NCBI GenBank assembly: GCA_963785305.1
Contig: CAWAUV010000008.1
Location: 1,088,001 to 1,152,000, forward strand
Source of the DNA: an uncultured Planctomycetaceae bacterium
GTDB taxonomy: Bacteria; Planctomycetota; Planctomycetia; Pirellulales; PALSA-1355
DNA: 64,000 nt
Direction: 5' to 3'
Below, one piece after another: positions 54,277 through 64,000 of this stretch. The translations under genes and the position numbers were made by a program. The number at the start of each line of letters is the position of its first letter. Position 1 is the stretch's first letter. The notes below the pieces were generated by a model. It was not told the DNA's origin. It was given only the letters and a program-made list of their open reading frames with translations, and searched no databases.

Positions 54277-55527
54277 TTACATGGCCCGCAACCGGGCAAT
54301 CGCTTCGGCGGTGGCGGCGATCGCGAAGTCGATCTCGGCCTCGGTGTTCGCGCGGCCGAGTCCGAACCGCACGCTACTGCGCGCGGCGTCGACATCGAGG
54401 CCGAGCGCGCGAAGCACATGGCTCGGCCCCGGGTCGGCCGAAGTACACGCGCTTCCGGAGCTCGCCGCCACGCGCCGCATTTGCATGAGCAACGCTTCGC
54501 CATCGATGCCCTCGAAGCCGACATTGAGATTGCCCGGCAAGCGGAGCGATCCCGGCGGCGAGCGGTCGCCGGGCTGGGCGGAGGCGTCGCTCGGCGGCGC
54601 CGGCTCGTCGAGGGCCGGCCCGCGCAGGGCCACGCCATCGATCGCGCTTTGCAGTCCGAAGTAGAGCCGGCCGCGCAGCGCGCCGAGCCGTTCCCCTTCG
54701 CTGGGCATTACTTCGACCGCGAGCTCGAGCGCTGCCGCCATGCCCACGATGCCGGGCACATCGAGCGTGCCGGCGCGGATGCCGGCTTGATGGCCGCCGC
54801 CCGTGATGAGCGGTTCGAGTCGCACGGGCGGCGGACCGCTGCGAATATAGAGCCCGCCCATTCCCTTGGGCCCATAAAACTTATGGGCCGAAAAACTCAT
54901 CAGGTCCACATTGAGCTCATCGACGTGGATGGGAATCTTGCCCATGGCCTGCGTGGCGTCGGAGTGAACGAGCACCCCGCGCTCCCGCGCGATCCGCCCG
55001 ATCTCGGCCAGCGGCGCGATGACGCCGATCTCGTTGTTGGCCAGCATCACGCTCACCAGCACTGTGTCGGGCCGAATGGCGGCGGCGACCTTGGCCGGAT
55101 CGAGCCAGCCGGCCCGCGGGCTGGGGGCTTGCTCCACATCGAGCAGCGTGACTTCGAATCCGCGCCGGGCGAGCCGCGCGAGCGGATCGAGCACCGCCTT
55201 ATGCTCGGTGGCCACCGAGATGATATGCGAGCCGCGGCGGCGCGTGCGCTCGGCCAGTCCCCGCACGACGAGGTTATTGCTTTCGGTGGCGCCGCTGGTA
55301 AACACGATCTCGCGCTCGCCGGCGCCGATCGAAGCGGCGATCGTTGCGCGGCTGGCGTTCACCGCGTCGCGCGCTTGCCAACCGAGCGCGTGCGTGACGC
55401 TCGCGGCGTTGCCGAAGGCCCGCGTGAGAAAAGGCATCATGGCGGCCAGCACGCGCTCGTCGAGCGGCGTGGTCGCATGATGATCCAGATAAACGAGATC
55501 GAGTCGCTCGGGCCGAGGAATCGCCAT
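54277..55527 (-). CDS. iscS: Cysteine desulfurase (IscS/NifS family)
   Basis: YLDHHATTP, FTSGATESNN, NNEIG, SAHKFYGPKG, SSGSAC, SVRFGLGR. Confidence 0.92.
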   Translation of the reverse strand: MAIPRPERLDLVYLDHHATTPLDERVLAAMMPFLTRAFGNAASVTHALGWQARDAVNASRATIAASIGAGEREIVFTSGATESNNLVVRGLAERTRRRGSHIISVATEHKAVLDPLARLARRGFEVTLLDVEQAPSPRAGWLDPAKVAAAIRPDTVLVSVMLANNEIGVIAPLAEIGRIARERGVLVHSDATQAMGKIPIHVDELNVDLMSFSAHKFYGPKGMGGLYIRSGPPPVRLEPLITGGGHQAGIRAGTLDVPGIVGMAAALELAVEVMPSEGERLGALRGRLYFGLQSAIDGVALRGPALDEPAPPSDASAQPGDRSPPGSLRLPGNLNVGFEGIDGEALLMQMRRVAASSGSACTSADPGPSHVLRALGLDVDAARSSVRFGLGRANTEAEIDFAIAATAEAIARLRAM

Positions 55528-56355
55528 GCCCCGATTTTACGTTCCCGGGAGCGGGGCGGCAAAAGCGACGCTATCGCGGCGCTGGGCCGACGAAGCGCGA
55601 TTCGCGGTGGGTTAAGCTGGCGAAATTGTTCGGATTGTCGCGATTGTATTGGATTTCATGGCGAGGAAACGTCGAAGAATCTCATTACACGAACAAACTC
55701 TGGAGTTTTCGAGCGATGAGCATTTACTCTCCCCGGATGCAACTACTTTCATTGATGGCGCCCCGAGCGCCAGAAACCGCGACGCGCCATGGCGGAGCCG
55801 CGGGTGGCGGCAAGCGAACGTCGCGATCGCCGCGAAGCTGGCTGTTGGGCATCGGGCTGGGCGCGGTGATCGGCGCCGCCGCTTGGGCCGAGTCCGCGGC
55901 CGAGAGCGGCGATCCGCCGGCATTTGCCGCCGAGCGCCTCCGGCGCCGCGACCATCGGCGGCCCGCTCGGTGAAGCGACGCTCGGCCTCCATGAGATGCA
56001 GTCGACGGCGAGATCTTCGCTTCTGGAAAATTGATTGCAGGTCCGCGCAACGGCCACGCCGCGCGTCTCGCGGAGAATCTCGCGCCGCCGCTCCATTCCG
56101 CTTATCTCCATGCGCCGCCCATGCCGATTATGGCAATGAGGCCGGTTGCAACGCACTTCTCGCATTCGACCGACGCTTCATCGGGCCGCGCGCGAGGGTG
56201 AACCGATCGCCCTATGCGCGCGTGGCCGTCGAATGAACGCGCCATTTCCGTCGAAGCGCCCGGCCCGGCTCGCGAGGTCATCGTCGCCTAATCACCCAAA
56301 GGCGATCACGACCGGCGATGTCCAAGCTCGCGACGGGCGGGGAAAGGGGTCGACG

Positions 56356-57152
56356 ATGTCGGGCATCAACGGCATTTCAGCGTCGCATACCGCGCTCGGC
56401 CAATATCTGGCCGGGCTCTCCGGCTTCGGGACTAATAGCAACACCCTCCCGGGCGCCAAGAGCGCCGGCGGGACTTCGGGCGCAAGCAGCGGTTCGGCGC
56501 AACGAGCTCCGGCTTGACAAGCGCCGCCGAGATCGAGCAAACACAACTCGCCGCCATCACGAACATTCTCGACAATGCCGCTGGCGGCGCGTCGAACTCT
56601 TCGACCACCGCCACGCCAAACGCCTCGCCAAACTCGAACTCCCCGACTGGCGCGAACCCATCCAATGGCGGGACCGGCGCCCGGGTCAGCCTCGCGACGC
56701 TCCGAACGCAAATCGAATCGGCTGTCAACGGTGCGCTGGGCGGTCTGAATAGCTCGACCGCGACAAACGCCGGCGCGGCGGCCAAGGCGGTGCGCGACGC
56801 GATTAATAAAACGTTGCAGCAAGATGGGTTGCTCGCCAACGATAATCCAAGCGGCTCGACCGATTCGTCATCGTCCACCGGCGGCGCATCGATCGCCGCC
56901 GCGGCGAGCTCGAGCAGTTCGGTCTCGAGCAGCGCCAACCCAGCGACTACCCCGGTGGAATCGAGCGCGAACGGAACGTCGTCGGACAGCACCGTGCTCG
57001 CCGCATTGCTCGCGCGAAACAACATCGATCCGACCGTGTTTCAAAACAGCATCTTGTCGGCGCTTACGAACGCGTCGGCCGCCGGCGGCGCCGATTTCAG
57101 TCAGTTGTTCGCCAATTTCCCGGTCGGCCAAGACATCGATACATTTGCGTGA
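56356..57152 (+). CDS. Ser/Ala/Asn-rich hypothetical protein (frameshift near 56500)
   Basis: AAGGGG RBS, MSGINGIS... joins ORF 56514..57152 ending VGQDIDTFA. Confidence 0.6.
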
Positions 57153-57216
57153 CCGATCCCCCGACGCCTCTTGGGAAAAGGTAGGCAAGGGCAAAAGAGT
57201 CGTGAAAGCATCTTTA

Positions 57217-57270
57217 GAGCCTCGCCCTGCCATTTCCCAATGGGGAGAGGGGGAGTTGTCGGATAGGCTC
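57217..57270. repeat. Shortened MITE/REP hybrid repeat
   Basis: GAGCCT...GGGGAGAGGGGGAGTTGTCGGATAGGCTC; right end matches the 43817 TIR. Confidence 0.65.
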
Positions 57271-57787
57271 TTGGTCGGTTCCCGAGGGAACGAATGGAAA
57301 AAACTGACCTCTTCGTCGATCCGCCGCCGCTTGGAAGAAGAGAGGAGCGAGCGGCAAGATGCATCAGGAAGATTCGCAAGTCCGGTCCGTTATCCTTGAG
57401 GTGGCAAAAGCAAATGCAGCTAGCGGCGTTTTAGGTCTTTCGTTCGGAACAAATTCGTGACCGGCGCTTCAAAATGGGCGAACTTTGGCGGAGTTGCGGA
57501 CAAGTGATGGGCCGCGAAGCCGCATTTTGCCACGCGCGGGGCGAGACACTTGCAACGGATTTCGTTAAACTCTAAGTGGCAAAATTGGTATTCATGGTAG
57601 CGGCGGCAAAGGCGGGTTTGGCGGCTCGCGGCACGATTTAGCGGTGCGCCGATTGCACTTGGCGGCGTCGGTCGATCCGGGCGAATGGCCTGTTCCGGTA
57701 TAAGGCCCCGCCGGTTTTTCGCCGCGACAATACTTCGTTTGACTCCCCACCAGAACATTTTCGTAAAACCTTCATCGAGAACACGCC

Positions 57788-58526
57788 ATGTTCATCCTGG
57801 AAGCGGTGGCCCTTTGTAAGTCCTATGGCGACAGCGAGGTCCGCGTGCCCGCTCTACGCGGCGTCGATCTCCGGGTCGAACGCGGCGAGTTCGTCGCCAT
57901 CATGGGTCCCTCGGGCTGCGGCAAAAGCACCATGTTGCAAATGCTCGGCGGCCTGGAAACTCCCACCAGCGGCCACGTGTATATCGATGAAATCGATCTG
58001 TCGGCGCTGAACGACGACCAGCGCACTTTGCTGCGTCGTCGGCGAGTGGGGTTCGTCTTTCAAGCGTTCAATCTCTTGCCCACGCTCACGGCCGAGGAAA
58101 ATGTACGGCTACCGCTGGCGCTCGATGGCGTGCGCCGGCCGAAGCCGCCGAGCGAGCCCGAGTCGCGCTCGAAAGCGTCGGCATGGCGCATCGGGCCGAC
58201 CATGTGCCCTCGAAACTTTCGGGCGGCGAACAGCAGCGCGTGGCGATTGCCCGGCGCTGGTGATTCGCCCGGTGCTGCTGCTGGCCGACGAGCCGACCGG
58301 CAACTTGGATAGCGCGGCGGGTCAAAAGGTGACGAAGCTCTTGCGGGGCCTGGTCGACGAGCAAGAGCAAACGATCGTGATGGTCACGCACGACGCGAGC
58401 GTGGCGGCCCAGGCCGATCGCGTGATTCATTTGAAAGACGGCGTGATCGAGCGCGAAACGTGCGGCGATGAAACGATCGGCCGATCGCAAACTCGCTTTC
58501 CCAGTTGGCAAGGGCCGGGACTATGA
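57788..58526 (+). CDS. ABC transporter ATP-binding protein, LolD/MacB type (two frameshifts, ~58137 and ~58254)
   Basis: [31 protein letters not shown] in the third frame, [15 protein letters not shown]. Confidence 0.92.
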
Positions 58527-61048
58527 CGCTCTGGCGACTGATCGTTCGCTCGCTCGAATCGCGGCCCGGCCGCGCCGTGCTCACGCTGGGCAGCATCATG
58601 ATCGGCGTGGCTGGCGTGGTGTCGGTGGGCTTGGCGGTGCATACGACGCGCGGCGCGTATCAAAAAATGTACGATGCCCTGGCCGGACGCGCGGCGCTCG
58701 AAGTGCGGGCGATGGGCGCGGGCGGCTTTTCGGCCGATATCAGCGAACAAGTCACCTCGACGCCGGGAGTGAAGTCGGCGGCGCCCTCGATCCAGCGGAT
58801 CACGAATCTCTACCACACCCACGACGGAACCAAGAAAAAGGCCAAGATCCTGGCCGTGGGTATTGATCCAGCCTTGGACCGCGAAGTGCGCGACTATGAA
58901 ATTCTCGTCGGCGATTTTTTCAAAGACGGTAAAGGACTCCTCCTCGAAGCCAGCTTTGCCCGCAGCATGGGCATCGATCTGCACGACGAAGTACGGCTAC
59001 TCACTCCCAGCGGGCTGAAGTCGGTGAGGGTCGAGGGGCTACTCGCTCCGCGCGGCGCGGCCGGTTTTGCCCAAGGCGCCGCGGCGTTTTTGCCGCTGCC
59101 GGTCATGCAACGCTTCTTCGAAATGCGCGGTAAGATCGACACGCTCCAACTCGTGCTCGACCACGACTCCGACGAGCCCGCGGTGCGAAAGGCCGTGGCG
59201 GCGATATTGCCGACCGGGGTGGGGGTCCATCCGCCCCCGAATCGCACCGAGCAGGCCGATGAAACCCTGCGCAGCGTCGAGCAAGCGCTTTCGGTCTCCG
59301 GCGCGCTGTCGCTGGTGCTCGCCGTGTTTATCATCGTGAACACCTTCTTGATGAGCGTGAGCGAGCGGCGCAAGCAATGGGCGATCATGCGCGCGATCGG
59401 CGCCACCCGGTCGCAAGTGGTGCGCCTCCTGCTCTGCGAGGGGCTGATGTTCGGCGTGATCGGCACCGGGCTCGGCCTGCTTGCCGGCCTAGGCGGCGCG
59501 TATTTGCTCACCAGGGCTCTCGAGGGGCTCACCGGCAATCCACTGCCGCCGATCCGGCTCGCTTGGGGACCGCTCGCCCTGGGCGGCGGCTTGGGCCTGG
59601 GACTCTCGCTCGCTTCCACCTATTTTCCCGCGTTGCATGCCGGCAGGGTTTCGCCGCTCGAGGGCATGCGAAACATTTCAAGGCTCGACACGCAAAATGT
59701 CGCGTGGTGGGTCACGGCGATCGGCGTGGCGATGCTCGCCGTGGGCGGCGGTATTGTTTACGCCGCCGGTGAAGGATTTCTTGGCCGCGACAAGCTCGTC
59801 ACCGGCGGCGTGGTCTGCCTCTTGGGCTGCGTGCCGCTGTTGCCGGCGGTGCTCGATCCCATGACCAAGGTCATCGCCGCGGTGCTGGCGATCGGCATGC
59901 CGGTGGAAACCCATCTGGCCGCCGGCGCGGTGCTCCGCCGTCGCGTGCGAACCACGCTCACGGCCGGAGTGCTCTTTCTCGCCGTCGGCTGCGGCATCGG
60001 GCTCGCCGCCACGATCATCGACAATGTCCGCGATGTGCAAACATGGCTCCGCCGCACGCTTCAGGGCGATTTCTTTGTCCGCTCCATGATGCCCGATATT
60101 AACGGCGCCGGCGCCCAAGCCGATCTACCCGATAGCCTCGCCACCGAGATTCGCAAGATTCCCGGCGTAACCGCCGTGACCAGCGCCCTTTCGTTTCGGG
60201 GGCGGGCCGAGGGCGAAGATGTGCTCATCATGGCCCGGCAGTTCTTGCCCGGCGAGCCGCTGCCCATGTTCATCAAAGACGCCGACCCGAAAGAGGTCGT
60301 GCGCCGACTGGCCGAGGGCCAAGTGGTGATCGGCACGGTGCTGGCCCAGAAAACGGGCCGTAAAGTGGGCGACATGCTTAAGATCGAGACCTCGCATGGC
60401 CCGCGAACGGTGAAGATCGCGGGAATGAACAACGACTACAACGCCGGCGGCATGACGGTATATTTCGAGCGCGAAGCGGCGAAAAAATTCTGGGACATCC
60501 ACGGCGCCACGCTCTATGTGATCAAGGCCCACGTCCAACAACTCGCCGCAGTCGACGCGGCCTTGGCCGCGATCACGGATCGCGAGGGGCTGCTATTCCA
60601 GTCGTCGGCGTCGGTTTTTCGCATGATCAACGGCATGATGATGGGCGTGGTGGGCGGCCTTTGGGTGCTGCTGGCCCTCGCGCTGCTCGTGGCGTCGTTC
60701 GGCATCGTGAACACGCTCACGATGAATGTGCTCGAGCAAACCCGGGAGATCGGCTTGCTGTGCGCCGTGGCAATGACCCGCCGCCAGATGCGGTGGATGA
60801 TTCTGATTCAGGCGGCGATCATCGGCCTGATTGGCCTTTTCCCGGGGGTGCTGGCCGGCGCGGTGCTCGCGTTTTTAATGAACACCGGCACGCTGCCGCT
60901 CTTGGGGCATCCGATCAATTTCAATCTCTCGCCGGCCTTGCTGGTGGTGACCTTCACCGGCGCGATCGTCATGGTGCTGCTGGCGGCCTGGGCGCCGGCG
61001 CTGCGGGCCAGCCGGCTCAATGTGATCGTGGCGCTTCGCCAAGATTGA
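58523..61048 (+). CDS. FtsX-like ABC permease (duplicated)
   Basis: Two MacB/FtsX halves: IVNTFLMSVSERRKQWAIMRAIGA and IVNTLTMNVLEQTREIGLL; ATGA-coupled. Confidence 0.93.
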   Translation: MTLWRLIVRSLESRPGRAVLTLGSIMIGVAGVVSVGLAVHTTRGAYQKMYDALAGRAALEVRAMGAGGFSADISEQVTSTPGVKSAAPSIQRITNLYHTHDGTKKKAKILAVGIDPALDREVRDYEILVGDFFKDGKGLLLEASFARSMGIDLHDEVRLLTPSGLKSVRVEGLLAPRGAAGFAQGAAAFLPLPVMQRFFEMRGKIDTLQLVLDHDSDEPAVRKAVAAILPTGVGVHPPPNRTEQADETLRSVEQALSVSGALSLVLAVFIIVNTFLMSVSERRKQWAIMRAIGATRSQVVRLLLCEGLMFGVIGTGLGLLAGLGGAYLLTRALEGLTGNPLPPIRLAWGPLALGGGLGLGLSLASTYFPALHAGRVSPLEGMRNISRLDTQNVAWWVTAIGVAMLAVGGGIVYAAGEGFLGRDKLVTGGVVCLLGCVPLLPAVLDPMTKVIAAVLAIGMPVETHLAAGAVLRRRVRTTLTAGVLFLAVGCGIGLAATIIDNVRDVQTWLRRTLQGDFFVRSMMPDINGAGAQADLPDSLATEIRKIPGVTAVTSALSFRGRAEGEDVLIMARQFLPGEPLPMFIKDADPKEVVRRLAEGQVVIGTVLAQKTGRKVGDMLKIETSHGPRTVKIAGMNNDYNAGGMTVYFEREAAKKFWDIHGATLYVIKAHVQQLAAVDAALAAITDREGLLFQSSASVFRMINGMMMGVVGGLWVLLALALLVASFGIVNTLTMNVLEQTREIGLLCAVAMTRRQMRWMILIQAAIIGLIGLFPGVLAGAVLAFLMNTGTLPLLGHPINFNLSPALLVVTFTGAIVMVLLAAWAPALRASRLNVIVALRQD

Positions 61049-61239
61049 TCGCGCCGAGCTGCGCGGCCCAGCCGATTCACGGGCCGCGTCGCCGCGCATT
61101 CCGCGGGGCGAGACCTCGCGACCCATGAAAAACGCCGCGAGGACGCAACTCCCTCGCGGCGTGTTATGCTCATCATCGCGCGTGACGTGGGTCGCTGGCG
61201 TTGGTTGCAATGCCCTTCGCGAGCGAGGCCACTCGAGGC

Positions 61240-61611
61240 TCAGACGTCGGCGTCGTCGTCTTCCCAGTCGTCGTCATCCTCGTCGTCGTCATCGTCGTCC
61301 TCATCGTCGTCATCCCAGTCATCGTCATCATCATCCCAATCGTCGTCATCATCTTCTTCGTCTTCGTCTTCCTCGTCGTCGTCGACCTCTTCCCATTCGT
61401 CGTCTTCGAGATCTTCTTCATCGTCATCATCATCGTCGTCGAGGTCGTCGTCTTCTTCCTCGTCTTCGTCGGCGATAGCGAAAAGGCCCTTGCCGAGGAG
61501 CTTGCCGCGCCGAGCAGCGTCGAGCCGGCCAACGTCGCGCAAAGCGAGGTCCGAGGCGATTCCGTCTGGGCTACCTTGTGAGACGGGGGCGAAAAACGTG
61601 GCAATGGTCAC
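61240..61611 (-). CDS. Small protein with a very acidic Asp/Glu C-terminal tract
   Basis: AAGAGGAG RBS before GTG 61611; about 75 near-consecutive D/E residues punctuated by W. Confidence 0.65.
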   Translation of the reverse strand: MTIATFFAPVSQGSPDGIASDLALRDVGRLDAARRGKLLGKGLFAIADEDEEEDDDLDDDDDDDEEDLEDDEWEEVDDDEEDEDEEDDDDDWDDDDDDWDDDDEDDDDDDEDDDDWEDDDADV

Positions 61612-61739
61612 TGCGATGCTCCTCTTTCGTCGAATGGAAATTGCACAACCAATGGTCTGGAAATCGGATATCGCTCTGGCGCCAGACGCGGTCTTGTTCC
61701 GAGAAGCAATTCTCTCGGGGCAAGTCCGCGAGCTCGCCC

Positions 61740-62684
61740 TCAGGCGGTCCGGTCTTCGCGATGGGATTCGGGGTTCGGCGCCGAACCGCGGCGATCGAGG
61801 TCGATGGCCGCTAAATCCGATGCTGTGGCTAAATCGGCTCCTGCCGTGAAATGGTTTAGCGGCGCCTCCGGAGCGGCGCCCGCGATCGTCGTGTGTACGT
61901 CCGCCGTTGGGAGAGTTCTGGCTTGGGCTCGCAAATCCCCGGCGCGAGGAAGGTCGTCTAAATGTCGGAGGCCAAAGTGCTGCAAGAATCGTTTTGTCGT
62001 TCCGTAGAGATAGGGTCGCCCCAGGTCGGTCGATCGGCCTACCATACGCACGAAATCGCGATCCATCAACTGCCGTAAAATCTCGCCGCAATCGACCCCG
62101 CGCACCGCTTCGATATCGGCCCGCGGCGCCGGTTGTCGATAAGCCACCACCGCCAGCGTTTCCAGCGCCGGGGGCGAAAGGCGTGTCTCGACTCCGTGTC
62201 GCCGACTCCGACGCACCCAGTCGCCAAAACGCGCCCGCGTGAGCAGTTGAAATCCGCCGGCGAGCTCTTCGGCGCGAAACGCGGTTCGGTCATCGTCGTA
62301 GCGTCGATTTAATTGTCGAATCAGTGTACGCGCTTCCGTGCCATCGGCCAAGCCGGCAAATTGCGCCAATTTGCGACTCGTGATCGGCTCCCGCGCCAGA
62401 AACAATACCGCCTCCACGCGAGTCAACTTCACGCCGCGGGTTTCGTCGCCGACGATCGACTCGGAACCGCCGCCGCGGGCATCGGAATTCGAGGCCCGCA
62501 ATCGCCAAGCCTGGCGCCAACCTCGCCCGCTCGGCCGCCGCGCCGCGCCCGCCAAGTCCGCCGCGGGGCGAACCACGGGCAAACGCGGCGCCGCGAACAA
62601 TCGCAATCCAAAACGGTCGCTCCGGCGCGGGCTACCGATTCGCGAGCGAGCAAATCCGCCTAGCCGGGCCAATGCTTCGAACAC
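61740..62684 (-). CDS. scpB: SMC-Scp complex subunit ScpB (start uncertain)
   Basis: VEAVLFLAREP, LSPPALETLAVVAYRQP, IEAVRGV, GRPYLYGTTKRFLQHFGL..LDDLP. Confidence 0.92.
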   Translation of the reverse strand: MFEALARLGGFARSRIGSPRRSDRFGLRLFAAPRLPVVRPAADLAGAARRPSGRGWRQAWRLRASNSDARGGGSESIVGDETRGVKLTRVEAVLFLAREPITSRKLAQFAGLADGTEARTLIRQLNRRYDDDRTAFRAEELAGGFQLLTRARFGDWVRRSRRHGVETRLSPPALETLAVVAYRQPAPRADIEAVRGVDCGEILRQLMDRDFVRMVGRSTDLGRPYLYGTTKRFLQHFGLRHLDDLPRAGDLRAQARTLPTADVHTTIAGAAPEAPLNHFTAGADLATASDLAAIDLDRRGSAPNPESHREDRTA

Positions 62685-62706
62685 TCCTTCCGCCAGGACG
62701 CCTTTA

Positions 62707-62786
62707 GGGCCTATTCGAGAACTTCCGCGAGCCCTCGCCCTACCTTCTCCCCAACGGGGAGGAGGGGGGAGTTGTCGGACAGGCTC
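62707..62786. repeat. 80-bp degenerate MITE with internal REP-like hairpin
   Basis: GGGCCTATTCGAGAACTT ... GAGTTGTCGGACAGGCTC (13/18 inverted match). Confidence 0.65.
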
Positions 62787-63106
62787 CAAATTGGATCGTC
62801 GATTCAGACCTAGAAGTTAAGCGGTAGGCGTTTTGCTGACAAGGGGTTTCGACGCTCCGGCCGAACTGCCATCCCCGTCGTTCGGTATTTATGCGAACGA
62901 CTACTGGAATCCAGCGCGGAATAGCCGGCGGATGCCACTGACGAAAACATCCACCGAATCGCGACAACGGCCTGGCGCGGCGGCGCCTCGTTGATCGTCG
63001 TCTCTTCGGATGACCGCCACGCGGTCAAGCATTATCTCAAACGTTTCCAAATCAATCGGGTTCAAGCTCGTGTGCTCGCCAGCGAGGACCGTGGTTCGTC
63101 GCCTAA

Positions 63107-63133
63107 CAGCCTTTTGAAATATTCAACAGGCTG
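63107..63133. repeat. Dispersed palindromic repeat (CAGCCTGTTGAA family)
   Basis: CAGCCTTTTGAA-ATA-TTCAACAGGCTG. Confidence 0.6.
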
Positions 63134-63310
63134 CTATCCAGCCTCGACCGAGCAGGTGAATTTTGCCTCGAAGCTTCGGCGAGCGAATGCGTCGACCGCC
63201 TTTGAACCGGGGCCGTGGTCGGGTAAAATGCGCCCCGTTGGCCGATGCGGCTCGCCGCCAACCACGCTTTAATACCTGCCACGAAAATCGCGATGCCGCG
63301 GGGAGACTCG

Positions 63311-64000
63311 ATGACACAAACGGCATTTCACGCGGAGCAGTTCATCAATCGCGAATTGAGTTGGCTCGACTTCAATGCCCGCGTGCTCGAAGAGGCCGAA
63401 GACCCGAGCAATCCGCTGCTCGAGCGGGTCAAGTTCCTGGCGATCTTCAGCTCGAATCTCGATGAGTTCTTCATGGTGCGCGTGGCCGGCCTGCGCGAGC
63501 AAGCTTTTGGCGATGGGGCCCCGCAAGACTATTCGCCCGACGGTCTCCGCGCCACCTCGCAGTTGCAGCGAATCAGTCTCCGCACCAAGGAACTGCTCCA
63601 GGCGCAATATCGCTGCTGGAACGAACAGATCGCGCCGCAATTGGCCGCCCACGGGATCGAACTGCTCGAGCACGATCAGCTCGACGCGGCGCAGCGCTCC
63701 GTGCTCGATCGCTTCTTTCACGAGCGGGCCTTTCCAATTCTCACTCCCATGGCGGTCGACCCCAGCCATCCCACGCCGCACTTCCACAACCGCCAGCTCT
63801 ATCTCGGCGCGCTCTTGCGCCGCGAGACCGGGCTCGGGCCCCGGCAGTTGTTCGCGGTGGTGCAGTTGCCGCAGGTGTTGCCGCGGTTCGTGCCCATCGG
63901 CCAGGGCGACACGCAGCAGTTTATCTTGCTCGAGCAGGCGGTGGCGGCGCGGCTGCCGGAGCTCTTCGGCGGCTTTAGCGTGTTGCACTGGACCACATTT
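63311..64000 (+). CDS. ppk1: Polyphosphate kinase 1 (3' partial)
   Basis: Manual translation: MTQTAFHAEQFINRELSWLDFNARVLEEA...LLERVKFLAIFSSNLDEFFMVRVAGL; GGAG RBS. Confidence 0.96.
   Translation, partial: MTQTAFHAEQFINRELSWLDFNARVLEEAEDPSNPLLERVKFLAIFSSNLDEFFMVRVAGLREQAFGDGAPQDYSPDGLRATSQLQRISLRTKELLQAQYRCWNEQIAPQLAAHGIELLEHDQLDAAQRSVLDRFFHERAFPILTPMAVDPSHPTPHFHNRQLYLGALLRRETGLGPRQLFAVVQLPQVLPRFVPIGQGDTQQFILLEQAVAARLPELFGGFSVLHWTTF

Noticed and set aside
55626..55973. Small membrane protein between iscS and 56356
   Set aside because: One hydrophobic stretch but no clear start, RBS or family motif; not supportable.
61166..61849. Poly-Ser ORF and poly-Val/Ile ORF on the plus strand
   Set aside because: Antisense readings of the Asp/Glu codon run; only the minus acidic frame has a clear RBS.

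Overview
High-GC bacterial chromosomal segment, almost certainly a planctomycete (Pirellulales-like): it has LExRxLL-type extracellular proteins with dockerins, a DUF1501/PSD1 pair, DUF1559 and a sulfatase. Single-base indels break many genes, including housekeeping pyc (about 7 shifts), so the assembly is probably unpolished long-read and most frameshifts are likely errors. The left arm encodes a ~4,060-aa secreted metzincin/dockerin protein, a dockerin neighbour, folE and a homospermidine synthase-ornithine decarboxylase operon. The centre holds a ~14.5-kb element integrated in tRNA-Glu(CTC), bounded by an exact 20-bp att repeat (28292-28311 / 42839-42858), with all genes on the minus strand. 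It carries a tyrosine integrase, an AlpA/Xis-like HTH, a family-A DNA polymerase beside an iteron-type origin, an Ogr/Delta-like zinc finger, HNH, a PLD-like protein, TerS, TerL and an HK97 prohead protease. No portal, capsid, tail, primase or helicase was recognised, so it looks like an unusual phage-satellite-like island. Its att site appears to lie inside the 3' end of the integrase gene, so integration and excision would swap the integrase C-terminus; this needs a 1-nt correction near 28441. Just outside attR lie an Abi-family gene knocked out by a 78-bp MITE with a TAA target duplication and a truncated type III methyltransferase. The right arm is housekeeping: sulfatase, pyc, M28 peptidase, cysteine desulfurase, ABC exporter, scpB, ppk1. 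All product calls come from motif recognition by eye; no database searches were run.
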